DNA of 64,000 bases from Methanomassiliicoccaceae archaeon (GTDB lineage: Archaea; Thermoplasmatota; Thermoplasmata; Methanomassiliicoccales; UBA472): assembly GCA_963789555.1 (NCBI GenBank), contig CAWBKY010000007.1, positions 101,999 to 165,998 of the forward strand, read 5' to 3'. The position numbers and the translations under genes were made by a program. The stretch's first letter is position 1. Each line of letters opens with the position of its first letter. The notes beneath the pieces were generated by a model. The model saw only the letters and a list, made by a program, of their open reading frames with translations, did not search any database and had not been told where the DNA came from. Shown one piece after another: positions 1 through 9,945 of the stretch.

Positions 1-594
1 ATGTAGTCGGACTCGCAATTCAGCGCCTCGGAGACCAGATGGGCGCGTTGCAAGGCGCCCTGGTCCGGGGCCAGCACCAGGTCGATGGCCGAGTCCTTGA
101 AGTAACGCCCTATCGCCGGTGCTGCGAAGGTGTTGACCACCTCCACCTCATCGAACCAGTCCATTATGTCGATGTTATGGATGTCGACCAGGACGACCTT
201 GTCGCAGTTCAAGCATTATATGGTCCACCATCACCTGGGCGCTCAACGGCTCCCCTTTGTTGAAGCGCTCGTCCTGGCGGGCGTAACCGAAGTAAGGGAT
301 GACGTTTATGATGCGCTTGGCCCCCAAGGCATAAGCCGCATCCTGGAGCAGGAATAGTTCCACCAGGTTGCCGTCGGGCGAGGAGTTCTGCACGATGACC
401 ACATCGTCGTCGATGCTCTCCTTCTCCAGGCGCAAAAAGCATTCCCCGTCAGGGAACCGCTTCGTGCCCGAGGGCAGGTATTCAGCGTTCAAGGTGACGG
501 CCAGGTCCTGGGCCAGCTTGGTCGAGGAGGAACCACCGATGACCAACATCGTCCGGGCATCACGCTGGTTGCTATTAAGGGATTCGATTCCCAT
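1..594 (-). CDS. prs: ribose-phosphate pyrophosphokinase (PRPP synthase); 3' end runs off the window; apparent 1-nt frame break near 205-215
   Basis: ORF 175..594 reads MLVIGGSS...VVIVQNSSPDGNLVELFLLQDAAYALGAKRIINVIPYFGYARQDERF (PRPP synthase N-domain). My translation of another minus-strand frame below ~210 gives NCDKVVLVDIHNIDIMDWF...LVLAPDQGALQRA, the expected continuation. Confidence 0.8.
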
Positions 595-675
595 GCCCCC
601 TTTCCCGATCTCTTCGGTCCATGATAATTATCGAACATGGCCTGGGGTCGGTCCGGAAACATTTTTATGTCCTCC

Positions 676-686
676 GTATTATATAG
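676..686 (+). promoter_or_regulatory. TATA-box-like element upstream of the herA-like gene
   Basis: GTATTATATAG lies 15-25 nt upstream of the ATG at 701 in the prs/herA divergent intergenic region, consistent with a leaderless or short-leader archaeal transcript. Position only, no experimental support. Confidence 0.3.
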
Positions 687-700
687 TGCCCGGGATTGGG

Positions 701-2359
701 ATGCAGCAGAGCGAATCAGAGATTTCGGCCAGCCTAGCCGATGAACGGTCGGATAGGGAAGAGGTCGCGGAGAACGAGCCCTTGTACGAGGATGCCGGGG
801 AGGACGACCCGAGCGAGCCTGAGCCAACGGTTCACCCCTCAGAACTGGCCAAGCCCAAACCGCGCGGCCCGCCCACACATATCGTCAAGGACCCGCAATA
901 CGGGGACCTGGACGGCGTCGGGGTGATCTTCGGCAATGTCGGCACTACCAACTTCCACTCCCGTCTCATCGGCGACATCGATAAGATGGAATATGTCATG
1001 GTCAAGCATCAGCACGACGGATGGACCCTGGGCCAGATCGTCGATGTGGAGCGCAAGACCGACCTCACCTTGGAAAAGGCCAAGCGCATCTCCGACGGAG
1101 GTTCCGTCGACATCGAAGAGATAGTCATCGCCAAGGTCGATATCCTCGGCTACCGCGATGACCGTAACCTGCTCCAGGTCAATCGCACTCCATTCAAGGC
1201 CGGAGATACGATATTCCGTGCCAAGGACGAGCTCATCAAGAACGTCATCGGCCTCAAGGAAGGCAGCCCCACCGGCGCCTACCTGGGACTCCTCTTCGGT
1301 CACAACATCCGCGTCGAGGTGGACATCAACTCCATGGTGCAGAAGCACGTCTGCATCCTCGCCAAGACCGGCGGCGGCAAGAGCTTCCTCTGCGGCGACC
1401 TCATCGAGGAGCTCATGAAGCATGAGGTAACGGTGCTGGTCATCGACCCTCATGGCGAGTATGGCGCCATGCGCGAGACCGGCTCCAAGCCCAAAGGGGC
1501 GAGGGATTTCAAGATCGAGCCTCGCGGCTTCGCCGACCAGATATTGGAGTTCGCCACCGACACCACCGCCAACCCGAAGGCGAAACCGCTCAAGTTCACC
1601 CTCGGGAACATAGAGGCCAGGGACCTGTTGGCCCTCACCCAGATCAAGAACGGAAAGACCTTCCTCACCTCTTTGCGCAAGGCCATCGACAGCGTGAAGT
1701 CGGTCAAGAAGGACTACGGGCTGAGGGACATAATTGCCATGCTGGAGTCCGAGGAGGACAGCAACAACAACTCCCTCATCGCTGAACTGGAATATCTGGA
1801 CGAGGTGAAGATATTCGCCCCACAGGGCACCAAGATCGACGAGCTGGTGGTCAAGGGCAAGATGACCATAATCAACCTTCGCGGCACGCCCCCGGACATC
1901 GCCGAGCTCATAGTCAACCGCATAGCCTCCGCGCTGTTCGAACTGCGCAAGCTAGGCAAGGTCCCGCCGATGATGCTCGTCTGCGAGGAGGCACACAACT
2001 GGTGCCCTCAACAGGGCCTTTCCGCCTCGAGCAAGATCCTGCGTACCATCGCCGCCGAGGGGCGCAAGTTCGGCCTCGGTCTCACCATCATCAGCCAGAG
2101 AGCGGCGAAGATAGACAAGAACGTGCTCAGCCAGTGCAACACCCAGATGATATTGAAGGTCACCAATCCCAACGACCTCAAGGCCATAACCAACTCGCTC
2201 GAGGGCATCGCCGAGGGCATGGACGATGAGATCCAACGCCTTCCCATCGGCGTGGCCTTGATAGTCGGAGGCAATATCCAGAACCCCCTCTTCATCGAGG
2301 TCAGGCCCAGGGAGTCGAGGCATGGCGGGGAGAGCGTGGAGATCATCCCCACGAGGTAG
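701..2359 (+). CDS. HerA-like / DUF87 P-loop ATPase with acidic N-terminal extension
   Basis: Walker A in HVCILAKTGGGKSFLCGDLIEEL. VLVIDPHGEYG and C-terminal GLGLTIISQRAAKIDKNVLSQCNTQMILKVTNPND are typical of HerA/FtsK-class ATPases. I chose the start at MQQSESE (701) because the longer ORF from 368 overlaps prs on the opposite strand. Confidence 0.75.
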   Translation: MQQSESEISASLADERSDREEVAENEPLYEDAGEDDPSEPEPTVHPSELAKPKPRGPPTHIVKDPQYGDLDGVGVIFGNVGTTNFHSRLIGDIDKMEYVMVKHQHDGWTLGQIVDVERKTDLTLEKAKRISDGGSVDIEEIVIAKVDILGYRDDRNLLQVNRTPFKAGDTIFRAKDELIKNVIGLKEGSPTGAYLGLLFGHNIRVEVDINSMVQKHVCILAKTGGGKSFLCGDLIEELMKHEVTVLVIDPHGEYGAMRETGSKPKGARDFKIEPRGFADQILEFATDTTANPKAKPLKFTLGNIEARDLLALTQIKNGKTFLTSLRKAIDSVKSVKKDYGLRDIIAMLESEEDSNNNSLIAELEYLDEVKIFAPQGTKIDELVVKGKMTIINLRGTPPDIAELIVNRIASALFELRKLGKVPPMMLVCEEAHNWCPQQGLSASSKILRTIAAEGRKFGLGLTIISQRAAKIDKNVLSQCNTQMILKVTNPNDLKAITNSLEGIAEGMDDEIQRLPIGVALIVGGNIQNPLFIEVRPRESRHGGESVEIIPTR

Positions 2360-2361
2360 AG

Positions 2362-2655
2362 ATGCGGGACCATCTCACCCCCGAGCATGTGCAGAGGTAC
2401 CTGGACATTACCAGAAGGGCCCTGGACAAGGTCAAGGTGGCCGCTCCGGAACGGTCCTTCAACAAAAAGCTCGCCGAAAGCTTCCTAGAGATGGCCAACA
2501 CCTATTACCACGACGCGATGCATTTCCGGGACCAAGGCGACCTGGTGAACGCCTTCGCCTGCGTCAACTACTCCCATGGATGGTTGGACTGTGGCGCCCG
2601 CATCGGGCTCTTTGACGTGGGCCAGGACGACCAGCTTTTCACGTTGTACGAGTGA
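2362..2655 (+). CDS. small helical protein, DUF357-like
   Basis: 97 aa. The motif AFACVNYSHGWLDCGARIGLFDV resembles my recollection of the archaeal DUF357 signature. ATG lies 2 nt after the herA-like TAG stop, suggesting co-translation. Confidence 0.5.
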   Translation: MRDHLTPEHVQRYLDITRRALDKVKVAAPERSFNKKLAESFLEMANTYYHDAMHFRDQGDLVNAFACVNYSHGWLDCGARIGLFDVGQDDQLFTLYE

Positions 2656-3519
2656 TCAGAGCAACCTCGCCCCTTCCAGGTCCACGCTCGTCCTGAAGGT
2701 CATTCCGAAACGGCGCAGCTGGCGTTCCAGACCGTCCAGGTCCGGTCCCGCTGCGAAGACCGAGTTCCCCACCATGCACATCGACCCCAGGCCCAACCCG
2801 TCGATGCTCACCAGCGCCTTCCTTACCCGTTCGGTCAACAAGCCAGAGCTGGCCGTGAAATCGACCGCGAGGTCCAATAGGTTGTAGAGGTCCCTCTTCT
2901 TGGCAAATCTTTCCAGGCATTCCTCCCCCGCTCGGTTGATGGCCGCCGCCTTATCGGGGTCCAGGATCACCGATGAGGTGTCGATGCTTGGGCCGACCCG
3001 GGCCAGGACCATATCGAAGTCGCCGGGGATGCGCTGCACCTCGCCGAAAGGCGGTAGGCCCTCCTTCCTCCGATAGGTGACACCGGTGCACTGCAGCGCT
3101 GCGACGTCGCCAAGGCCAGTGCCGCTCTCCACCTCCGCGATATGGGCGGCGGTGTAGGCCTCCTCCTCGCCCAGGCCGAGCAATTCAGTTAACGCCATCG
3201 CTGATGACAACGCCCCTGCCGCGCTCATGCCGAAGCCTTGGGACACTGGCAGTTGCAGGGTGGTGAACACGTCGACGTCCAGCTTTTCCTCCCCTAGCAG
3301 ATGCCGAATCGCCCTTTCGGTGACATGGGCCTTCGCCCTGGCGCCGTTTATCTTGACCTCGACCTTGCCCACACCCTCCTTGAGGACGACGCGAGACTGG
3401 GCCCCCAACCTGACACAGAATCCCGCTCCGCGCGAGCCCGTCTCCAGCACATTCTCGTGGCGACAGATCTGGAAGAACCCAGTGATGTGTCCGGGGCAGA
3501 AGGCGGTGGCCTGCCTCAT
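2656..3519 (-). CDS. pantoate kinase (GHMP-kinase family, archaeal CoA pathway)
   Basis: N-terminal CPGHITGFF motif plus GHMP-type PVSQGFGMSAAGALS loop. Overlaps the stop of the upstream coaBC by 4 nt, which supports a CoA-biosynthesis context. Confidence 0.7.
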   Translation of the reverse strand: MRQATAFCPGHITGFFQICRHENVLETGSRGAGFCVRLGAQSRVVLKEGVGKVEVKINGARAKAHVTERAIRHLLGEEKLDVDVFTTLQLPVSQGFGMSAAGALSSAMALTELLGLGEEEAYTAAHIAEVESGTGLGDVAALQCTGVTYRRKEGLPPFGEVQRIPGDFDMVLARVGPSIDTSSVILDPDKAAAINRAGEECLERFAKKRDLYNLLDLAVDFTASSGLLTERVRKALVSIDGLGLGSMCMVGNSVFAAGPDLDGLERQLRRFGMTFRTSVDLEGARLL

Positions 3520-4709
3520 AGCAGACCTCTCAGCTCGGCCATCAAGCTCCAGGCCACCTCTGCCTTATTGCCCTTGAGCTTGATAGGGTTGGAGCTCCTC
3601 TCCACCAGATAGACCTCGGTGGACCCCTTCTGCACATTGCGCAGGTCGTTGGCGACCATGGCGTCCAGGCCGTGCCTCTCCAATCTTTCCATCGCCTTGG
3701 AGACCAGCACATCATCTCGGACCCCAGACTCTGCCTTGAACCCGACCACCTTGGCCTTGCCCACGATCTTGGGCAGGACCTTCGGAACGGCCCTCAGCTC
3801 CAGTGTCATCCCTCCCTCGTCAGAGGATACCTTGCCTTTTTTCCTCATCGGTGCAAAATCGGACAGGGCGGCCGGGACCAGCACCAGGTCATGGTCCAAT
3901 TCCTCGGCCAGGCCCAAAAGGTCTTCTACCGTGACGAATCGTTTGGTCGGGACATAGTTGGGCAGAGGCATCTGGCAGCGCCCCATCCACAGCTCCACCT
4001 CCGCCCCTTGGTAGAACGCGGCCTTGGCCAGCTCGACGGCCGTCTCACCGGTCCCACGATTGGTGATGACCCGCATGTCGTCGATGGGCTCCTCGGAGGA
4101 GCCTCCTATGATCAGCACCTTCTTGCCCTCGTATGCGCGCCCGCTCAAAGCCCGTATGGCCTGGGCCACGATCTCCTCGTTGTCGGCGATCTTGGCCTTC
4201 TTCCCTTCCATCCTCGGGCCGATGAACCCGACCCCCACGTCCCTCAATCTCCCGATGTTCTCCTGCACGAAGGGATTCTGGAGCATGGACGCATGCATGG
4301 CCGGAGCGATGAGCATCGGAACGCCCGTGCCCAGGGCGATGGTGGCCATCGTCGTCACCGGCGTGTCATCGATTCCGACCGCGACCTTGGACAGCGTGTT
4401 GGCGGTGCAGGGCGCGATCAATAGGAGGTCGGCCCTGTCCGGTGAATCGCCCAGCAGGTCCACGTGCTGCACCCTCCCGTCCAGCTCGACGATGGCCGGA
4501 TGACCGGTGGCGAACTCCATGGCCCAGGGGGTGATGAGCTTGGCCCCCTCCTTGGAAAGCACGGCATGTACGTCTGCGCCATGGCGGATGAGCTCCCGAG
4601 CCAGTTCCAGGCATTCCACCGCGGCGATGGAACCTGTGATGGCCAGGACGATCCTCTTGTCCTTCAGCCGAGCGCTCTTCATGCCGCGTATGCTCTCCGA
4701 GGGGTGCAT
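3516..4709 (-). CDS. coaBC: phosphopantothenoylcysteine decarboxylase / phosphopantothenate-cysteine ligase
   Basis: Flavoprotein N-domain (KRIVLAITGSIAAVECLELARELIRHGADVHAVLS) and DFP C-domain (KVLIIGGSSEEPIDDMRVITNRGTGE...AALSDF). Confidence 0.9.
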   Translation of the reverse strand: MHPSESIRGMKSARLKDKRIVLAITGSIAAVECLELARELIRHGADVHAVLSKEGAKLITPWAMEFATGHPAIVELDGRVQHVDLLGDSPDRADLLLIAPCTANTLSKVAVGIDDTPVTTMATIALGTGVPMLIAPAMHASMLQNPFVQENIGRLRDVGVGFIGPRMEGKKAKIADNEEIVAQAIRALSGRAYEGKKVLIIGGSSEEPIDDMRVITNRGTGETAVELAKAAFYQGAEVELWMGRCQMPLPNYVPTKRFVTVEDLLGLAEELDHDLVLVPAALSDFAPMRKKGKVSSDEGGMTLELRAVPKVLPKIVGKAKVVGFKAESGVRDDVLVSKAMERLERHGLDAMVANDLRNVQKGSTEVYLVERSSNPIKLKGNKAEVAWSLMAELRGLL

Positions 4710-4733
4710 GTCCCTCGATACCTCGTTCCGGTT

Positions 4734-5348
4734 TTATAGCTTCTTCCGGAACACGTTGAAAATCTCCGCGGTCACATCTTCGATGGGCCGGTCAGCGTCC
4801 ACCAATATGATGTCGCGATCCCTCTCCGCCCATCCCCGATAAGCTCGGTCCACCTTTCGCAGGTAGTCCAGCTTCTCGAACTTGCTCCTTCCGGACCTGG
4901 AGCTCAATCGGTCCAGGGCTTTCTCAGGGGATATCGTAAGAAGGAAAATGGCATCAGGTTCGATGACGACAGGCCGGTTCAGCTCCCAGAGCCATCCCAC
5001 TGGGTCGGCCATGCGGTCCTGCAGCGCCGCGCTCTGATAGGCTATGGTGGAGGCATAGTAGCGGTCGCAAACGACCACCTTGCCCTCTGCCATCCAACCT
5101 TTGATCTGGCCGGTATGTAGGGCTCGGTCCGCCACGAAGAGCAGTGCCTCCGCCGCATCGTCTATGCCCTCTTGGTTGGCCCGCCGCACCGCATCCCCGG
5201 TCCAGAGGGTGGAAGGCTCGGCCGTGACCATGCATTCCCGTCCTAGCTCCTCCCGCACCAGTTCAGCCAATCGATTGGCCATGGTGCTCTTCCCCGAGCC
5301 GTCTATTCCCTCAAGGACGAAGAACGCTCCGCGTTTCATGCGCCTCAA
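4734..5348 (-). CDS. tmk: thymidylate kinase
   Basis: FFVLEGIDGSGKSTMANRL P-loop, DRYYASTIAYQ motif, ~200 aa. Confidence 0.9.
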   Translation of the reverse strand: MRRMKRGAFFVLEGIDGSGKSTMANRLAELVREELGRECMVTAEPSTLWTGDAVRRANQEGIDDAAEALLFVADRALHTGQIKGWMAEGKVVVCDRYYASTIAYQSAALQDRMADPVGWLWELNRPVVIEPDAIFLLTISPEKALDRLSSRSGRSKFEKLDYLRKVDRAYRGWAERDRDIILVDADRPIEDVTAEIFNVFRKKL

Positions 5349-5353
5349 TCTCT

Positions 5354-6822
5354 TCAGCTGAACTTATCCTTTTTCGCCAGGTAGGCATCATAGCTGAGGA
5401 TCAGTTCCTTGGCGGCGAACAGCTCGTCCACCCTCTGCCTCGAGGTGGAGTGCGGGGCGCCCTTTACCAGCTCTGGGTCCTCCTCGGCGATGGCGATCAT
5501 GGCGTCAGCGAAGAGGTCAAGCTCGAACTTGGTCTCCGTCTCGGTGGGCTCGATCATCAACGCCTCCGGGACCAGGGCAGGGAAGTAGATGGTAGGCGAC
5601 ATGAAGCCGTAGTCCAAAAGACGCTTGGCCACGTCCAGGGCGCGTACGTCCTTCTCCATCGTCAGACGTTTCGCGCTCACCACGAACTCATGCTTTCGCA
5701 GCTCGCCATAGGGCAGATCGTAGACACCTTGCAACCTCTGCCTCAGGTAGTTGGAGTTGAGCACGGCGCGTTGGGACACCTCCCTCAGACCGTCCCCTCC
5801 GTTGCGGAGGATGTAGGCGTAGGCCCGCACCAGAACGGCGAAGTTGCCATAGAAGGAGCGCACCTTCCCTATACTGTCCTGGCGATCGAATTCGAGCGCG
5901 TATCGGTCTCCCGTCTTGACCACCCTCGGCACGGGCAGGAACGGCTCCAGGTGGGCCTTGACCCCCACCGGTCCCGCGCCTGGCCCTCCGCCGCCATGCG
6001 GCGTGGCGAACGTCTTGTGCAGGTTGAAGTGCACGATGTCGAAGTCCATCAGGCCCGGCGAGGTGTGCCCCAGGATGGCGTTGAAGTTGGCGCCATCATA
6101 GTAGAGGAGGGCACCTGCGCCATGGACCAGCTTGGCCACCTCTCGGATGCGGCCCTCGAATATCCCTAGGGTGTTGGGGTTGGTGATCATGAAGGCGGCG
6201 GTGCGCGCCGAAAGGGCGGACCTGAGCGCCCCAAGGTCGACGCATCCGTCCGCGTCCGAGGGTATCTCAATGACATTGTAGCCAGCCATGGCCGCGCTGG
6301 CGGGATTGGTGCCATGGGCCGCGTCCGGGACGATGACCTCGATGCGCTTGTCCCCCCGTTTGGCGTGGTAGGCCTTGATGATCAGCATCCCGTGAACTCG
6401 CCTTGAGCCCCGGCGGCCGGTTGCAACGTGACCGCATCCATGCCGGAGATCTTGCACAACGCCCTGTTCCAGCTCGTACATCAGGCGCAGGGAGCCTTGC
6501 ACGGTTCCTCCTCCTGGTACGGGTGCACCGACGTGACCGAAGGTAGGGCGGCCAACTTGGTCGCAGTACTTTGGGATTGTACTTCATGGTGCACGAGCCC
6601 AGGGGGTAGAGGCCGTTGTCCACGCCGAAGTTCATCTGGGACAGGTTTGCGTAGTGCTTCACCACCGCCCTTTCGGGCAGGTTGGGCAGGCAGGCCCTGT
6701 GCGGGACATCCCTTCTGGAAGGTCCATGTTCGTGGTCCGGTGCTTCCGGTGAGGTAGAGGTCGTTCTCCCCGTTCAGTTCGAAGACCAACTGGTCATCAT
6801 AGCGGGCCTGGCGGTACATCAT
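5354..6822 (-). pseudogene. gcvPB: glycine dehydrogenase (decarboxylating) subunit 2, reading frame broken at least 5 times
   Basis: Long C-terminal ORF has [14 protein letters not shown]...HFNLHKTFATPHGGGGPGAGPVG (PLP-lysine region). N-terminal pieces [49 protein letters not shown] and [24 protein letters not shown] sit in different frames. Confidence 0.8.
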
Positions 6823-8141
6823 GTCACCTCCTGCAGCGCGGCGATCAGCCGGTCATGGTCCGAGGGGGTGTGCATCTCGGTGGTGCAAAGCAGCATCTGG
6901 TCCACCATGCGTGGCACGTGGGCTCTGCATCTGCATCCCCGCCGATCACCCCGTGCTTGAGCAGGACCTTGTTCAGTTTCTCGGGGCGGACCGGGGAGCT
7001 GATGACGAACTCATTGAAATGGGAGGCCTCGAAAAGGGGAGATCGAATCCGTGGATATCGTCGATGCGCTCCATCAACTCCTTGGCGTTCTGGATATTGA
7101 TGGCGGCGATCTCCCTGAGCCCCTTCCGCCTACAGGGGCAAGATAGACCACGCTGCCGCCGCCATCAAAGCCTCGTTCGTACAGATGTTGGACGTGGCCT
7201 TGCCACGACGGATGTGTTGTTCCCGGGTCTGCAGGGTCATGCAGAAGGCGCGACGGCCCGAGACGTCCTTGGTCATGCCGATGAGGCGTCCCGGCATCTT
7301 CCGCACATGCTCCATCCGGATGGCGAATATGCCCAGCAGCGGCCCCCCGAAGTTCATCGGGGAACCAAGCATCTGACCCTCCCCGATGACGATGTCAGCC
7401 CCGTACTCGCCGGAGGTGTCAGGATCCCAGGGATATGGGATTGACCCCGACCATCAGCACCGTATCTGGGAACATGCGAGCTTGAGCTTGGGTGCGACCG
7501 GGTCTATGACGCCGAACAGGTTGGGCACCTCCAAGTAGATCCCACAGACCGCATCGTCGTATTTGGCGCGCAGGTCGTCCAGGTCCGTCCCTCAGTGAAC
7601 GGGTCATAAGCGTATTCGACGATCTCCATGCCCAAGCCGCCGTGTAATTGCGGAGGACGCTCCGTTTCTCCCAGCTAATGGCCTCTGGCACCAGGAACTT
7701 GCCTTCGCGGCCGGATGCGGAAGGACATGGTGGCCGCCTCGCCCAAGGCGGTGGAGGCATCGTAGTTGGAGGAGTTGACCACATCCATCCCGGTGAGCTC
7801 CGGGACATCATGCTCTGGTACTCGAACATGGTCTGGAGCATGCCCTGGGAGATCTCCGACTGGTAGGGCGTGTAGGAGGTGAGGAGCTCGGACCTGGAGA
7901 CGATGTTGCGGACCGCGGCCGGAACGAAATGATTGTAGACCCCCGCGCCAAGGAAGCTGGCATGTCCTCGGTCGTGACATTGGGGCGTAGCATCTCCCTG
8001 ATCGTCCTGACCACCTCCGATCTCGCTCAGACCGTCTGGGAGGTCCAGTCCTCCCATCCTCACATCCTCCGGGATGTCGTCGAAAAGTTGCTCCACATCC
8101 TGTAATCCGAGGTAGTCCAGCATCCTGCGGTCCAAGGCCAT
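6819..8141 (-). pseudogene. gcvPA: glycine dehydrogenase (decarboxylating) subunit 1, reading frame broken many times (at least 8 by my reading)
   Basis: Conserved blocks are scattered over all three minus frames: LQDVEQLFDDIP, VRTIREMLRPNVTTEDMPAS, FLGAGVYNHFVPAAV...[60 protein letters not shown]...[23 protein letters not shown]. Stop TGA overlaps the gcvPB ATGATG start. The 5' boundary is approximate. Confidence 0.75.
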
Positions 8142-8199
8142 GTATATCTGCCTGGATTGACCATCGGCGGGATATATACCTTTTCGAGGCACCGATCGG

Positions 8200-8677
8200 C
8201 CAGGTGATCGAAGAGAGGCCAGTGAGTTCGAGGTTCAGACTGCGAAATCCTTCGGGGCCGGTCAACACCGGCCTCCCTGACCAACCGGGAGAAGTAGGAG
8301 GGAGCGATTCCACGTCCTTGATCTCGCCTTTGACGATGCGTCGCCAGCCTGACCCGTTTCTCCGCATCATATTGGCACGCCGTTGCATGAAAGGTAATGT
8401 TTGAGGAGACGACACGAGTTGGCCACCCTTCCGGTCCCAATCGGTGAGGATGATCGCGGTCTTGCCTTCTCGGGCCAACTGCTCCGCCACATGCAGGATG
8501 CCGTCCCGGCTCTGCACCTGGATCATCTCCCCATGCACGCCAGCAGGTTCAGGCCGCCCACGTCCCGACGCCCTTCGACCAGGATGACACATGGTCAGGA
8601 GGCCGTTCGGCCAGCTCGTCCAAAGGAGCAGGCCGAGCTGCCGCAACCGTTCCTCTGGCATCCCAGCGATCGCTCAT
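8200..8677 (-). pseudogene. small Toprim-domain protein (UPF0292-like), frame broken at least 3 times; 3' boundary uncertain
   Basis: Pieces VILVEGRRDVGGLNLL, VHGEMIQVQSRDGILHVAEQLAREGKTAIILTDWDRKGGQLV and IVKGEIKDVESL / SYFSRLVREAGV lie in different frames. GGAGG sits 7 nt upstream of the ATG at 8677. Confidence 0.45.
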
Positions 8678-8699
8678 CGCCATGCCTCCAATATCCCAT

Positions 8700-8975
8700 G
8701 ACATTGATCAAGGTCGACAATCGAGTGGACATCGTCTTGTCCCTGACGGTCTGACCACGCACTATCGCCGCCCTGCAACGGAACAGCGTCGCCCAACGAG
8801 CCTCTCCACCTCTCGATTGGCCCTTGCCGTCCTCTGGCGGTTCCTTTACCTTGACCTGGAAACGCCTCCTCCATTGGTCGTATGCCCCAACTCGCTGCGG
8901 CTAGCCCCCGGCACCACATGGACGTCCAACTCCGTCCCCTGGCCCTTGCTCTGAGCGCCTTGGAGCTATTCCACG
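8700..8975 (-). pseudogene. DUF167/YggU-like small protein, frame broken about 3 times; boundaries approximate
   Basis: Fragments in three frames: TELDVHVVPGASRSELG, FQVKVKEPPEDGK, ANREVERLVG, AIVRGQTVRDK. They match my recollection of the DUF167 pattern (V.P.A...lkv.v.apP.dGkAN..l...L......v.iv.G..sr.K). Confidence 0.4.
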
Positions 8976-9074
8976 GCTCAGCCTCAGGGCCCTGATTTAT
9001 ATAACATTAATCACCACGGCTGGACACATAAAGTCTACGCATAAGTCTCTTATATCGTCAACCGAATCTGTGCG

Positions 9075-9748
9075 ATGATGGCGCCGCCCCCCGGTAAGCT
9101 CGAGTTCAATGAGATCACCCTCATCTATCGGAACGAGAGCAAGGGAGGAGAGCCCACCGAGGTGAGGAGGGACTTCTATCCGGCCTTCAGGGAGTATCTA
9201 AGAGGCTCAAGACGGAGAGCGAGGACGAGGTGCGCAAGGACCCCACCTCCATGAAGGCCTCGAGCATGATGAGCGAGATCAAGAAGGTCACGCAGAAGGG
9301 CTCATCGATATTCCAGTACCGCATGTCGAAGATAATGAGCATGGCCCTGAGGGCGGGCATGGGCAGCAAGGTGGACACGACCAGGCTCACTCCGGAGGAG
9401 AGGGACTTCTTCGATGCCGTGGTGGAGGAGGTGGTGGCGTGCAGATCTTTTCGCTTGGAGGGGGAGAAGGTGGCGACGAGGCAGGTCGGTGCCTACATCG
9501 CCCTGTTCGGTACCGGTGAGGGAAAAGATGGAAGGCTGCCACACCCGTTCAATGCAAGGTCCTGTGGGGGCGAGGAGAGCGGGGGCGCCATCTGGTACTT
9601 GATCCGAGTGCTCGAGGACATCCCCCCTTTCACTAGCGGAAAGCGTCAATATCGTCTCTTGAGGGAGGATGTCGTTTATATGCCGGCAACGTTTGCTTGC
9701 GTCCTCGTTAAGAATGGCAAAGCAGTGGAGATAAGCGTCCCATCCTGA
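9075..9748 (+). CDS. GINS-complex subunit-like protein (Gins51/Gins15 type); apparent frame break near 9200
   Basis: Frame 1 gives MMAPPPGKLEFNEITLIYRNESKGGEPTEVRRDFYPAFREYL, then RLKTESEDEVRKDPTSMKA...IFQYRMSKIMSMALRAG...LTPEERDFFDAV in ORF 9230..9748. C-terminal IRVLEDIPPFTSGKRQYRLLREDVVYMPATFACVLVKNGKAVEI looks like a GINS B-domain. The break sits at an AA dinucleotide (9200-9201). Confidence 0.5.
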
Positions 9749-9847
9749 CATAATTTTCGTTCAATCCAGCATTCTCTCGTCGATAGTCATTTGATAATCC
9801 TGGTTGCAAAACCTTTATCTATCATTATTTAATATGGCGACCTGGCC

Positions 9848-9924
9848 GGGCCCGTAGCTCAGCTAGGTTGAGCGATCGGCTCTTAACCGATAGGCCGTGG
9901 GTTCGAATCCCACCGGGCCCGCCA
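9848..9924 (+). tRNA. tRNA-Lys (anticodon CUU), genomically encoded CCA
   Basis: Manual cloverleaf: acceptor GGGCCCG/CGGGCCC, D-arm GCTC..GAGC, anticodon stem ATCGG/CCGAT with loop CTCTTAA (anticodon CTT), T-arm GTGGG-TTCGAAT-CCCAC, discriminator G, then CCA. Confidence 0.9.
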
Positions 9925-9945
9925 CTATCCATAGCTAGTCGTCCG

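Noticed and set aside
368-700. N-terminal 111 codons of the 663-aa herA-like ORF
   Set aside because: This stretch overlaps prs on the opposite strand and gives nonsense-like sequence. An ATG at 701, preceded by a TATA-like element, starts the recognisable protein.
7041-8200. In-frame stop codons in the gcv genes as recoding events (pyrrolysine or selenocysteine)
   Set aside because: The interruptions are frame changes, not single in-frame TAG or TGA codons. Conserved sequence resumes in a different frame each time, which recoding cannot explain.
8674-8954. ORFs 8674..8919 (minus) and 8682..8954 (plus) as real genes
   Set aside because: Neither product looks like a protein family. Reading the minus strand across frames gives fragments of a DUF167/YggU-like protein instead, so these ORFs are pieces or shadows of that disrupted gene.
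8954-9075. C/D-box sRNA or other ncRNA in AT-rich intergenic regions (also 23589-23803 and 56246-56479)
   Set aside because: I could not find properly spaced C (RUGAUGA) and D (CUGA) boxes or convincing conserved-structure hallmarks by eye. A covariance-model scan would be needed.
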